Origin: Planctomycetota bacterium
Lineage (GTDB): Bacteria; Planctomycetota; Planctomycetia; Pirellulales; Lacipirellulaceae
Assembly: GCA_039190745.1 (NCBI GenBank)
Contig: JBCCXZ010000003.1
Span: forward strand, 32,001-96,000
Reading direction: 5' to 3'
Length of the DNA: 64,000 nucleotides
Positions 48,925-58,440 of this stretch are shown here, piece by piece. A program made the position numbers and the translations under genes. The stretch's first letter is position 1; every line of letters begins with the position of its first letter. The notes under the pieces were generated by a model that worked only from the letters and a program-made list of their open reading frames with translations, was not told the origin of the DNA and made no database searches.

Positions 48925-50181
48925 CTAGCGGGCCAGCGCGGCTTGAAGAAGCCTGAGGGCCTCGGCTGGCGCCGCACCGCTGGGTTGGAGCATTCTTCGG
49001 AGCGGAAGGGCCAAGCCGTCGGCCCGGAACGCTTGCCCTTCGGCGGTGATCCCCGGGGTGAGCGTCCCCAGCCGCACACGCGGCTCGAACCCCGTCCAGG
49101 ACGAGGCCCCTCCGACGACAATGGTCGGAGTCTCGGCCAGGGCGTCCCGTTCTTGCGCTGTGAGGCTCTCAAGGCCGCCGTCCCCGACGAGCAATGCGAC
49201 ATCGACCGCTCTGCTGAGCAACAGCTCTCTTCCACCGGAGACTTCGATTAAGGCTTTGGGCGTTCCGCTGGAGTAGTCAACCGGGCCGGCCGCTCCGCTG
49301 GCCCACTGCAGGGCGGGCAGCCCCCCCGCGGCAGGGAGTGTCACAAGCACGCTCCGCGTGTCCGCGTTGAGCGATCTCACAAGGCGAGACAAACCGTCCA
49401 CGACCGCACGTGGGTGGCTTGCCCCGGCGATGCCTCTCCCGAGAACGAAGGCGGAGTAGCGGCTCTGCTTTAGCCGTCCGGCTAGTAAGCGGAAAAATTC
49501 GTCGTGCGCCCCGTTACTCTGCTGTTTCGCGTCGATGCCTTCCACTTCGGCACGCAGTTGCCATACGGCACGCAAGTCCTCGGCTGGAGCTAGAGTCCGG
49601 TGGTGATCCGAAAGCGTAGCGGTGTTCGATTTGCCGTCGTCGACGCACCAGATATCGCGTTCCGGGCGTCCTCCCGGGATAGCCATCCCCGAGGGTTCGA
49701 TGAACCGCTCCCAGAAACGGGGCTGTTCTGAGAATGGGTCGGCCCGCCAGAGGACGACCGTGTCTGCCCTGTGGCGGATCTCACCGAGTGTCGCTGTGCT
49801 TGCGCCAACTGTTTGCAACGCAGCGGTCGCAGCCTTTTCCAGTACGGAGCATTCAGGGGCAATCACTGCGCCGAGTTGCTCGGCAAGTTCCGTGGCGGCG
49901 CGGACGCCGTCCACGTCCAGTCCCCCCAGCCCGTACACCAACGGGGCCTTTGCTCGACTCAGGATGGACGCCGCTTCGGCAAAGGCTTCATCCCGCGAAG
50001 CTGCTCGGCCGTCGATTTGGTGGTCCGGCGTCAAGAGACCGGTACGCAACCACTGCTCTCCCAATTGGCAAAGGTTCTCGCTTCCGGAAACGGCTCCGTC
50101 TTCGACGGTCACGACGATGTCGTCACAGAGGCAGCCGCATGCAGTGCAGGCTCGGTCGCGGAGTATCGTGGGATTGCTCAT
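48925..50181 (-). CDS. fhcB: Formyltransferase/hydrolase complex subunit B (FwdB/FhcB-like)
   Basis: ACTACGCLCDDI, ATLGEIRHRAD, PRF, C-terminal G.AFRADG.ALPLR. Confidence 0.85.
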   Translation of the reverse strand: MSNPTILRDRACTACGCLCDDIVVTVEDGAVSGSENLCQLGEQWLRTGLLTPDHQIDGRAASRDEAFAEAASILSRAKAPLVYGLGGLDVDGVRAATELAEQLGAVIAPECSVLEKAATAALQTVGASTATLGEIRHRADTVVLWRADPFSEQPRFWERFIEPSGMAIPGGRPERDIWCVDDGKSNTATLSDHHRTLAPAEDLRAVWQLRAEVEGIDAKQQSNGAHDEFFRLLAGRLKQSRYSAFVLGRGIAGASHPRAVVDGLSRLVRSLNADTRSVLVTLPAAGGLPALQWASGAAGPVDYSSGTPKALIEVSGGRELLLSRAVDVALLVGDGGLESLTAQERDALAETPTIVVGGASSWTGFEPRVRLGTLTPGITAEGQAFRADGLALPLRRMLQPSGAAPAEALRLLQAALAR

Positions 50182-51002
50182 GCCGCCTCCGCTGAGATGA
50201 GCAGTTCTCCCTGGCCCACGCCCAAGTGGTCGCCGGAGTAGTGAATGAACTGACGATTACGCTTGTAGGCGGCCCCCGCAAAGCCGGCGTCTTCTAACCA
50301 GCGGAGCAGCAAGCCGATAGCCGCGGGGCTTGAGAGGCACGCCTCGCGGAATGTCGGGAGCAGTTCCGGAAGATGCTGGCCGAGCAGCAAGATGGTGCCG
50401 CGGGACATACCGCCTCCGGGGTAGTCGCCGCATCGGCCGCCGACGACCAACGTCCCCGCCACCATGCTCCAAGCCGGGCACGCCCCGGTGTCGCCTCCAA
50501 TCGCGATCACCCCGCGCCGCATCGTTCGCCCGACCCCTTCACACGCGTTGCCGTCGACAAGAATCAGGCCGCCGGTCATCCCCCGGGGCGAGCCGGGCTC
50601 CGCTCCGCCAAGCCCTTGCCCAGCGTTCCCGGAGATACGTAGTTGGCCGCCGCGCATCGCGGTTCCGGCGCCATCCCCGGCGCCGCCCTCAACCGTGAGC
50701 CTGCCGCCACGCATGCGGGCCCCAGCGCTAAGCCCGACCAAACCGGCCGCGACGATGTCGCCGCCTGCCATGCCCGCCCCGAGGTTGTGCACAGCGTGCA
50801 GATCGCCTTCGAATCGCAAAGACGGGTGGTCGGTGGTCCCCGAGACATCGAATAATTCGCCAATCGCAACTTGTTCTCGCCCACGACGGATCAGTCGACG
50901 CTGGACTTCTTGTGTCGACTGCCCACGCAGCGACTCCGGCAGCAGCCCCGTTGCGTCCACGGGCAATGAGCCTTCGATTTTCGAGCTAAGGACCAGCGGC
51001 AT
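50178..51002 (-). CDS. fhcC: Formyltransferase/hydrolase complex subunit C (FwdC/FhcC-like)
   Basis: GELFDVSG, repeated GxxMxGG beta-helix units, GD...GQGELL; ATGA overlap with fhcB. Confidence 0.9.
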   Translation of the reverse strand: MPLVLSSKIEGSLPVDATGLLPESLRGQSTQEVQRRLIRRGREQVAIGELFDVSGTTDHPSLRFEGDLHAVHNLGAGMAGGDIVAAGLVGLSAGARMRGGRLTVEGGAGDGAGTAMRGGQLRISGNAGQGLGGAEPGSPRGMTGGLILVDGNACEGVGRTMRRGVIAIGGDTGACPAWSMVAGTLVVGGRCGDYPGGGMSRGTILLLGQHLPELLPTFREACLSSPAAIGLLLRWLEDAGFAGAAYKRNRQFIHYSGDHLGVGQGELLISAEAA

Positions 51003-51115
51003 GGGGAGCTCTCGATAGTAGCGATCCGTTTCGACGGTTAGAACAGACACTCGTTTGGTCTACCATACTAGCTCCCTGCGAGAGTCCTGTCCGCCTACAG
51101 CACAGAGGTAACGCA

Positions 51116-51730
51116 ATGCGATGTGGCGCGGTCATTCTGTGCGGTGGTCGGTCGATCCGCATGGGTCAGGACAAGGCCTGGCTCCTCATCGACGGCGAGA
51201 CGATGTTAGAGCGTGTTGTACGCACGGCGAGCGGAGCGGTCGCCGGCGGGCCGGTCGTAGTTGTGGCTGCGGCGGGGCAGGGCCTTCCCAAACTGGGGCC
51301 GAACATTGCCGTGCGCCGAGACGCCGCCGAAGAGCGTGGCCCACTCGAGGGGTTGCGCGTCGGCCTCTCGACGCTTTCGGACTCTGCAGACGCGGTCTTC
51401 GTTACGGGGTGCGACGCCCCGCTGCTGACCGGCGTTTTCATCGAGTTTCTTTTCAACGCACTAGGCAGTGCCGACGCAGCGGTCTCGGCCGACGATCACC
51501 GGCTACACCCGCTTGCCGCGGTCTATCGGCCTAACTTGCTGGGCAATATCGAACAGCTGATGCGCGAAGGCGCCAGCTCGCTGCACGCTCTCCTGGAATC
51601 TTGCAAAACGGCCCGGATCGACGCGGAACAACGCCGCCGAATCGACTCTGATCTCCGGTGCCTAATGAACGTCAACCGGCATGAGGACTACCAGCGTGCA
51701 ATACGCTTGCTGGCTGAAAACGGAAGCTAG
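51116..51730 (+). CDS. mobA: Molybdenum cofactor guanylyltransferase
   Basis: ILCGGRSIRMGQDKA, GPLEG, CDAP, HPLAAVY, NVN. Confidence 0.92.
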   Translation: MRCGAVILCGGRSIRMGQDKAWLLIDGETMLERVVRTASGAVAGGPVVVVAAAGQGLPKLGPNIAVRRDAAEERGPLEGLRVGLSTLSDSADAVFVTGCDAPLLTGVFIEFLFNALGSADAAVSADDHRLHPLAAVYRPNLLGNIEQLMREGASSLHALLESCKTARIDAEQRRRIDSDLRCLMNVNRHEDYQRAIRLLAENGS

Positions 51731-51733
51731 CCG

Positions 51734-52327
51734 TTACCCGTCGAGCGTGCCCTTCGTGCTGGGGACTCCCGGCTGCCTGGGGTCGTTCTCCACCGCCATC
51801 CGCAACGCCCGCGCGGCACACTTGAAAACCGCCTCGGCGATGTGGTGGCTGTTCCGCCCGTGGTGCAGCACAACGTGCAAGTTGCACAACGCGTTGGCCG
51901 CAAACGCCTGCCAGAAATCTTCGAGCAGCTCGCTGTCGAAATCGCCGATCTTCGCCGCGGGGGTCGGGGCGTTGTAGGCCATCGCGTAGCGGCCGCTGAG
52001 GTCGATCGCCACAGTCACCAGAGTCTCCTCCATCGGCAGCGTGAAGTGCCCGTAGCGCCGGATGCCGCGTTTGTCGCCCAATGCTTCTTTCAAAGCCGAG
52101 CCGAGGCAGATGCCGGTGTCTTCCACCGTGTGGTGCTGGTCGACATGCAGGTCGCCTTTTGCCGAAACGCTCAGATCAAAGACGCCGTGCCTGGAGAACA
52201 ACTCCAGCATGTGGTCCAGGAAGCCGACCCCGGTTTGGATCTCGCCCCCGCCCTCACCGTCCAGGCCCAGGGCTAGCTCGATCGAGGTTTCAGCGGTCTT
52301 GCGGGTGATCTGGGCGGTGCGATTCAT
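51734..52327 (-). CDS. hisB: Imidazoleglycerol-phosphate dehydratase
   Basis: [32 protein letters not shown]. Confidence 0.97.
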   Translation of the reverse strand: MNRTAQITRKTAETSIELALGLDGEGGGEIQTGVGFLDHMLELFSRHGVFDLSVSAKGDLHVDQHHTVEDTGICLGSALKEALGDKRGIRRYGHFTLPMEETLVTVAIDLSGRYAMAYNAPTPAAKIGDFDSELLEDFWQAFAANALCNLHVVLHHGRNSHHIAEAVFKCAARALRMAVENDPRQPGVPSTKGTLDG

Positions 52328-52508
52328 CGGTTTCTCGTTGGGGCCGCTGTGGCGACTCGATTCAATTTAAAAGCCTAACACGGACCCAGTTGGGCCACGA
52401 GGCGTTCGGTGTTCCTGTGGGGCTGCTTGGGGCGTCGAACAGAAACGCAGTAAACTAAGCCGCAGAGGCCAGGGATTCCTGTTTGGATGCTATTCGGAGG
52501 ACTGAATC

Positions 52509-52712
52509 GTGCCGCCAATGAAAAAGCCGTCTCGGGGCGGCCGTAGCCTGCACTCCCTCACCCACCTCGCCAAACGTTGGACGATGACCCGCCGCGAGGT
52601 CCGGCGTCTTCTGCAATCCGGCCGGATTGGGTTCGAGCAGGTCTGCGGCGAGCTCTGCGTCCCCGAGGACGAGGTGCGTCGTTTCGAGCGGGCCAGCGGC
52701 CGACGCAGCTAG
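52509..52712 (+). CDS. Small excisionase-like helix-turn-helix protein
   Basis: GGAGG SD 8 nt before GTG; SLTHLAKRW...EVRRLLQSGRI...VPEDEVRRF pattern. Confidence 0.55.
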   Translation: MPPMKKPSRGGRSLHSLTHLAKRWTMTRREVRRLLQSGRIGFEQVCGELCVPEDEVRRFERASGRRS

Positions 52713-53173
52713 CGCCACCATAGGTTGTCGCTACTGGGTGCGTGGTTAGCAGAAGCGGGCGACGTGCTTGGCTTGAGCCCCGGCTGGCTTCCGACGGAGC
52801 CCCGAGCAGTGGGCAGGTAGGTTTTGGTCTGGGCCGGTCGAACGCCCGCCGAGCTGCCCCACTCGTGGCCGCACGGCATGCCGAAGCCGCAGGCCTTCGG
52901 AGCGGTAGCAGGTCCCAGGTACGCGGGGCGGAAATCGGAGCACCCGAACGGGCCGCACTCCTTTGGCACGAAGGCCAGCTGCGGGACTTCCAATGTCGGA
53001 GAGCCGGGAGATCTGACTATCGGTGCGTGGTATCCCGGCCCGTAGCCGACCCCGCACCACTGGGCCAGGTTGCTCGGCAACCGCCAGCGCCCGGTTTCCT
53101 CCTTGGCCGATGCCGTTTCGGCCGAGAGCGTTGCGTACAGCAACAGAGCGAGAGCGGTCTTGCTTGTCCGCAT
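52709..53173 (-). CDS. Secreted hypothetical protein
   Basis: Signal peptide; LPSNLAQWCGVGYGPGYHAP motif. Confidence 0.6.
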   Translation of the reverse strand: MRTSKTALALLLYATLSAETASAKEETGRWRLPSNLAQWCGVGYGPGYHAPIVRSPGSPTLEVPQLAFVPKECGPFGCSDFRPAYLGPATAPKACGFGMPCGHEWGSSAGVRPAQTKTYLPTARGSVGSQPGLKPSTSPASANHAPSSDNLWWR

Positions 53174-53342
53174 GTCGGGCCCCTTTTCGATCGATCGAAC
53201 GCAAGGCGTGTCTACCGCACGCCCTCGGTAGGATCGATCCAGACCCGTCCCGCACATCAGCTCAAGCGAACGAGCCAGCACCCCAACCAAGCCCGAGGGC
53301 TGCACGGTCGTTAAAGCCGTTAGAACCGTTGCGACGACGCAA

Positions 53343-54461
53343 TCAGCCGGCAGCGCGGCTGTTCTCTCGGGCACGCCGCCAGAGTGTGCCTAGCACCTCG
53401 GTCAGCGAGTCGGCCTGGCAACGCCGGTACGGTGAATCCGGCGGCAGCTCCCTCATCAGGCGGCCGTGCGCCTCGCTCAGGGCGTGGTAAGGCATGGTCG
53501 GGAAAATGTGGTGCAGTGCGTGGAAACGCAGCCCCACGGGCGCCCAGAGGGTCGAGAAAATCGGGTTCTTGGGGTAGTCGACCGAGTCGAGCATCTGCTC
53601 GATGAAGGTCATCTCGCCGCCGGACGACGTCCACCGGTGCGCGCCGAGCGTCCGCAGGGCGTTGATCACCATGATGAAGACCCCCGTTAAGTAGACCTGC
53701 ACGAGTAGTGCTTTCGGGAGTGGCTCGGTCGCGAGGATGCCGAACGAAGTGAACATCCGCAAACTGACAAACCACACGAATGCGAAGCAGCAGAACTCTT
53801 GCAGTCGCATGATCCGACGGACGCGCTGCGTCGGGAGAGGCCGGATGTACGTGGGGTCCATAATCATCGACGAGGCGTGCTGGTGCACCCAACGCCGGAT
53901 CGCCGGGCTGACCCAGGTGAGTGGCGTCAGCAGGCCCCAACGGACGACCGCCGCGATCGGGATCACCAGCACCTGCGACAAGTAGAACAGCGTTTGCCAC
54001 GCCGGCATGCGGGCCAGCGCGATGTACTCGCCGTCCTCCTCGGTGCCGTAGTGTTTCCGCCGGTGGTGGTCGATGTGCGTGTAGTACACGAACGACGGGA
54101 TCAGGAACGGGATGCCGCACAGCAGGTTCCAGACGACCCGGAAGACGGTAAACTCGCCCGCTCGGATGTGGACCAACTCGTGGATGAACAAGCTGCACCG
54201 GTAGTACAACAGCGCAGAGATCAGGAAACAGGCGAGGGTTACCGGCCAGTGCCAAGCGGGGTTGGCGACCAGAACCTCCGGGCGGAGCACCAGCGAGAAC
54301 GCTGCTACGCCAACCGACCAGCTAAGCAGGAAGTCGGTCCAGTAGACCCAAGGGTTAGGCGTGAAGAATTCACCAACAATCCGCCGGGCCTCGGAGAGCG
54401 AAAACTCGTTCGCTCCGGAAGACGGGCCTGCGGCTGCGGCGGGGTCCAAGACGGTCGACAC
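53343..54461 (-). CDS. Membrane fatty acid desaturase family protein
   Basis: His boxes HELVH, HIDHH, HALHH. Confidence 0.88.
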   Translation of the reverse strand: MSTVLDPAAAAGPSSGANEFSLSEARRIVGEFFTPNPWVYWTDFLLSWSVGVAAFSLVLRPEVLVANPAWHWPVTLACFLISALLYYRCSLFIHELVHIRAGEFTVFRVVWNLLCGIPFLIPSFVYYTHIDHHRRKHYGTEEDGEYIALARMPAWQTLFYLSQVLVIPIAAVVRWGLLTPLTWVSPAIRRWVHQHASSMIMDPTYIRPLPTQRVRRIMRLQEFCCFAFVWFVSLRMFTSFGILATEPLPKALLVQVYLTGVFIMVINALRTLGAHRWTSSGGEMTFIEQMLDSVDYPKNPIFSTLWAPVGLRFHALHHIFPTMPYHALSEAHGRLMRELPPDSPYRRCQADSLTEVLGTLWRRARENSRAAG

Positions 54462-54759
54462 GCTACTCGTACTCCAGTTTTGCCCCAGAAACGTCTTTCA
54501 CTCCGGTCTGCCGCACTACGCGGGGGCCCGGCCGGTACAATGGCCATATGGCTACAATGGTCGTAGCGTCAGCCCTGGTAGGCTGTGACGAAGTTATTGA
54601 GTTTATCGGCGTGGATTGGGCGATGCCAGCATCTGCCGAGTGCGGGGGTGGCGTTGGCCCCGTGGGTCACCGATAGACTCACCGGAGACCCCAGCCTTGG
54701 CCTTCCTTAAGGTCGACCTCCGTCGGCCGCCACTTGTGCCAAGCCACCAATAAAAAGAC

Positions 54760-56019
54760 GTGCCGCAAGAAGTAGTTATCACCGGGCTGGGCGTGGTTTG
54801 CCCGCTAGGCATCGGGAACGAAGCCGTCTGGGCCGCCGTCGAGGCCGGCCGCAGCGGCGTCCACACCATCGAGCGGTTTGCCGAAGCCGGCCTCCAGCCC
54901 CCGATCGCCGGCGAGGTGACCGACCTCGACCCGAAGCAGTACGTCAAACCGCGCAAGAGCCTCAAAGTGATGAGCCGCGAGACCCATTTCGGGTTCAGCG
55001 CGGCTGAAATCGCCTGGGCGGATGCGGGGCTCGAGGGAACATCGATCACCCCGGAACGGCTGGGCGTGGTCGTCGGCGCCAATATCTTTCGTTCGGACCT
55101 CAATGAGTTGGTCGCTTCCTACCGCGCGACCAGCGAGGGCGAGTCTTTCGACTTCACCCAGTGGGGGCATGCAGGCATGCCCGAACTGTACCCCCTGTGG
55201 ATGCTTAAGTATCTGCCGAACATGACCGCCTGTCACATCGGCATCTACCACGACGCTCGCGGCCCCATCAACACCATCGTCGAGGGAGATGTCTCGTCGC
55301 TCCTCTCAGTGATCGAGGCAGCCGACGTAATCGCCCGCGGCCACGCGGACGTGATGATCGCGGGCGCCACCAGTTCAATGCTCTCATTGATAGACCTCTG
55401 CTGGCACGCGGGGGCCGGCCTTTCGACACGCAGCGACGACCCCGCTGGGGCGTGCCGGCCTTTTGACGCAGAACGTGACGGGACCGTTGCCTCTGAGGGC
55501 GCCGGGATGTTCGTCCTTGAAAGCCGCGACCACGCCGAGAAACGAGGCGCGCGGATCCGCGGCCGAGTAAGCGGCTACGCCCGCCGAGCCGAACCTTCCG
55601 CGATGACCCAAACGCCGACTGGCTCAGCGGTCCGCAACTCGCTCGCAGCCGCTGTTGAGCGCTCGCGACTAGCACCGGAACACATTGGCCACGTGAGCGC
55701 CCATGGCCTGGGGAGCGTCGAGGCAGACGCCTTTGAGGCTCAAGCGATCGCCGACGTTCTGGGGGACGTGCGTGTGACCGCGACGAAGAGCTTCTTCGGG
55801 AACCTTGGTGCCGCGGGCGGTGCGGCAGAACTCGTCGTAAGCCTCTTAGGTGCTGAAGCCGGCGTGGCCCCGCCGACACGCAACTACGAGACGCCCGACC
55901 CGCGTTGCCCGGTCAATGTTAGCCCCGAGCCGGTGGAGACGCCGAGCAAGTCGGTAGTCGCCATCAGCCACAAGTGCACCGGCCAGGCCGTAACGCTCGT
56001 GGTCGATGAAGCGGTTTAA
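54760..56019 (+). CDS. Beta-ketoacyl-ACP synthase-like protein lacking the catalytic Cys
   Basis: VVITGLG, CRPFD, EGAG, SAHG, TKSFFGN; TIVEGDVSS at the usual TACAS position. Confidence 0.85.
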   Translation: MPQEVVITGLGVVCPLGIGNEAVWAAVEAGRSGVHTIERFAEAGLQPPIAGEVTDLDPKQYVKPRKSLKVMSRETHFGFSAAEIAWADAGLEGTSITPERLGVVVGANIFRSDLNELVASYRATSEGESFDFTQWGHAGMPELYPLWMLKYLPNMTACHIGIYHDARGPINTIVEGDVSSLLSVIEAADVIARGHADVMIAGATSSMLSLIDLCWHAGAGLSTRSDDPAGACRPFDAERDGTVASEGAGMFVLESRDHAEKRGARIRGRVSGYARRAEPSAMTQTPTGSAVRNSLAAAVERSRLAPEHIGHVSAHGLGSVEADAFEAQAIADVLGDVRVTATKSFFGNLGAAGGAAELVVSLLGAEAGVAPPTRNYETPDPRCPVNVSPEPVETPSKSVVAISHKCTGQAVTLVVDEAV

Positions 56020-56064
56020 CAAGCCCTCGCAGCATGCCCTCCCACTGGCCGCGGCCAGCAGCGT

Positions 56065-56547
56065 TCAGCCACGTCGCATCGCCCGATCGATGTCCCGCTG
56101 CATGTCTTTCTTCTTCAGCGACTCGCGTTTGTCATACTGCTTCTTGCCCTTGCCTAGGCCCATCAGTACCTTGGCCCGGCCCCGCTTGAAGTATATCTTC
56201 AGCGGCACCAGCGTCAGGTTCTTCTCGTAGGCCTGGGCCGCGAACTTACGGATCTCCCGGCGGTGCATGAGCAGCTTCCGCCGCCGCCGCGGCTCGTGGT
56301 TCAGGGCGTTCGCGAAGGAGTACTCCGGGATATCGCAGCCGACAAGCCAGACTTCGTCTTTATCGACCCGGCCGTACGCCTCTTCGAGCGACACCTGGCC
56401 CGCCCGGAGGCTTTTGACCTCGCTCCCGACGAGTTGAATGCCGCACTCCAGGGTGTCGAGCACCGCGTAGGTGTGCCGGGCCTTTCGGTTGTTGGCGATG
56501 ACCTTCTCGTTCTTGTCCTCGCCGTCTTTCTTTTTGTTCTTGGCCGT
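56065..56547 (-). CDS. smpB: SsrA-binding protein SmpB
   Basis: IANNRKARHTY, GIQLVGSEVKSLR, RKLLMHRREI, GKGKKQYDKRE; probable ACG start at 56547. Confidence 0.95.
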   Translation of the reverse strand, partial: TAKNKKKDGEDKNEKVIANNRKARHTYAVLDTLECGIQLVGSEVKSLRAGQVSLEEAYGRVDKDEVWLVGCDIPEYSFANALNHEPRRRRKLLMHRREIRKFAAQAYEKNLTLVPLKIYFKRGRAKVLMGLGKGKKQYDKRESLKKKDMQRDIDRAMRRG

Positions 56548-56714
56548 GGATCCCGCCTCCGATGAGCCGCCCCGCGGCGGGCGGCGGTAGTCGTGACAAA
56601 CTCTCCAAACTAACGGAGCTACCAGCGAGGAGAAAGAGCCGACACGGCCCCTGGGCCTGAAAAGACCACTGGCGAAGAGGGTGCTGACGAGGGGCTTCTA
56701 GTTTATTAGCGCAC

Positions 56715-56777
56715 AAAAAACCGCGAACCGGGTCCGCCGGAGGGAGGCGTGGGATACTGCGGATCACCGGTTCGCGG
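56715..56777 (-). terminator. Terminator-like hairpin with large internal region
   Basis: 11-bp stem CCGCGAACCGG/CCGGTTCGCGG followed by T6 on - strand. Confidence 0.6.
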
Positions 56778-56839
56778 GCGGGGTGCGAGTGTGAGCCGCT
56801 CTGGGAGCAGCTACTCGGTCGCCATCAGGTTGTAACGCC

Positions 56840-57124
56840 CTAGGATACGGGCGGGCGGTCGTCGATTCCTCGGAATACGTCGGCTAGAGAACCAAGAACC
56901 GGCGAGGCAGAAGCCGGGGAATCAACCGGTGGGCGGAACTCTGCGAGCAGGTCCGCGTGCAGGTTGCAGCAGGCTAAATAGCGTTCGCGGGCGGACTGGT
57001 CGCTCGCCAAGCGGGTCTCCAGCTCGGCAACTTCTTGGTTATCAATTGTTTGGTCGATCAAGCCCCAAATTTGTGCGTCTAAGGGGTCGGGATCGAATTC
57101 GGTGTTTAGCTGAGGTTCCATCAC
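56840..57124 (-). CDS. Small hypothetical protein resembling an anti-sigma N-terminal domain
   Basis: LIDQTI...ELETRLASDQSARERYL...LHADL; GGAG SD upstream. Confidence 0.6.
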   Translation of the reverse strand: MMEPQLNTEFDPDPLDAQIWGLIDQTIDNQEVAELETRLASDQSARERYLACCNLHADLLAEFRPPVDSPASASPVLGSLADVFRGIDDRPPVS

Positions 57125-57486
57125 TTGTGGATGTCTCCTACTCCGGACCCGCTTGGGATGGCCCAGGCGGTCCGGAACAATCGCGCCCTGTTCTCTGGTC
57201 AGCCGACGCGAGCCGGCCTCTAGGGTTCCGATGCCAGAGACTGCAAAGGGCGTGCCTGATTACTCAATCGGCCAGATAAGCTCAATATCAGACCCGTTTG
57301 AGCCGATTCTTCTCGGAATCTTCAGCTTCCGGTCGCGGTCTCACACTCTGCCTTGCCTAAGAGCTGAGCAAGACTGCCGCGATTCTTTGCTGCCAAGCTG
57401 CGAACGCTTCTATGAAAGCATAGGTCACTAGCTCAACTAAAGAGCGGCTGTCCACTCTTTCAGCGTCGCGACAGGTGGGAAGCCGC

Positions 57487-58263
57487 CTATTCTTCGAGCT
57501 GAGGCCACGGTCGTGCGCCAACGACACGGCCTGTGGCCCCGCGCTGCACCATACAGATCACGGAAAGCAGATCAGGGTTCTCGCTCCGGCCTTCGGGAAG
57601 TCTGAGGGTTACCCCAAAATCACCCGAGGCGGCGAGCGGGGTCTCGCCAAGCGTCAGCACCACGTTCGTGTGCTTCAGCCTCCGCCCCGCGTTCTCTCCA
57701 GTCGCCACAGCCGAAGAAGCTTTGGGCAATACCAAGGCGGCGACGACAGAATCGCCGTCCTGATGGCCGGTCGTCTGGCCGGAGACCTGCCAAGACCGCC
57801 CGGTTCGATGCACTTGGAGATGGATCGAGACGGCCGGCTTAGCTTCGAGCTCAGCCAAAATTGCGGCTCGAGCCCGCTTGGCGTCGGAGCCCACAAACTC
57901 GACCCGCCCGTTTACAACCATTTGCGGCGTATACAGGCGGTTCGAGGCTAGCAGCGTCGCGTACCGACGCTGCCTGGCTGTGAAGGCCGCGTCTGCAAAT
58001 GGGTCTTTCCAGCCGAGGCGGTCCCAGTAGTCGACGTGCATCTCCAGGGCATACACCGGCAGACCCTGATCCCTAGCGATCCGATTGATTTCTGCGGCCA
58101 GCAATTCCGCGGGAGGGCACGAACTGCAGCCCTCCGAGGTGAATAGCTCGATGACTACCGGCGGAGCATTAGATTGAGGATAGTCGACTCCAAATGCTTG
58201 CCGAGGCGTCCCAACAAAGAGGCCGGACAGCGTCAAAGTAGTAGCAAGTATCGGTCGTTGCAT
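57487..58263 (-). CDS. DUF1223 thioredoxin-like secreted protein
   Basis: ELFTSEGCSSCPPA, HVDYWD.LGWKDPF, YTPQMVVNG, GENAGRRL.H.NVV. Confidence 0.9.
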   Translation of the reverse strand: MQRPILATTLTLSGLFVGTPRQAFGVDYPQSNAPPVVIELFTSEGCSSCPPAELLAAEINRIARDQGLPVYALEMHVDYWDRLGWKDPFADAAFTARQRRYATLLASNRLYTPQMVVNGRVEFVGSDAKRARAAILAELEAKPAVSIHLQVHRTGRSWQVSGQTTGHQDGDSVVAALVLPKASSAVATGENAGRRLKHTNVVLTLGETPLAASGDFGVTLRLPEGRSENPDLLSVICMVQRGATGRVVGARPWPQLEE

Positions 58264-58440
58264 CAGACGCTCAGTCGGGGTGCAGAGAAACTCCGCTTTG
58301 GCATGTTTACACCAGAGCCTAGGTCGGAATGTGCAGGTATTCACAGAGCTTCAAGAAAAGAAGGCTAGACAGCTCAGGCAACGGGCTAGAAACGCGAACA
58401 AAGCAACTTCACCCTTGTGTTTCAACCGGGAGACAGATCC

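Noticed and set aside
56548..56840. tmRNA next to smpB
   Set aside because: No tRNA-like ends or tag reading frame recognisable
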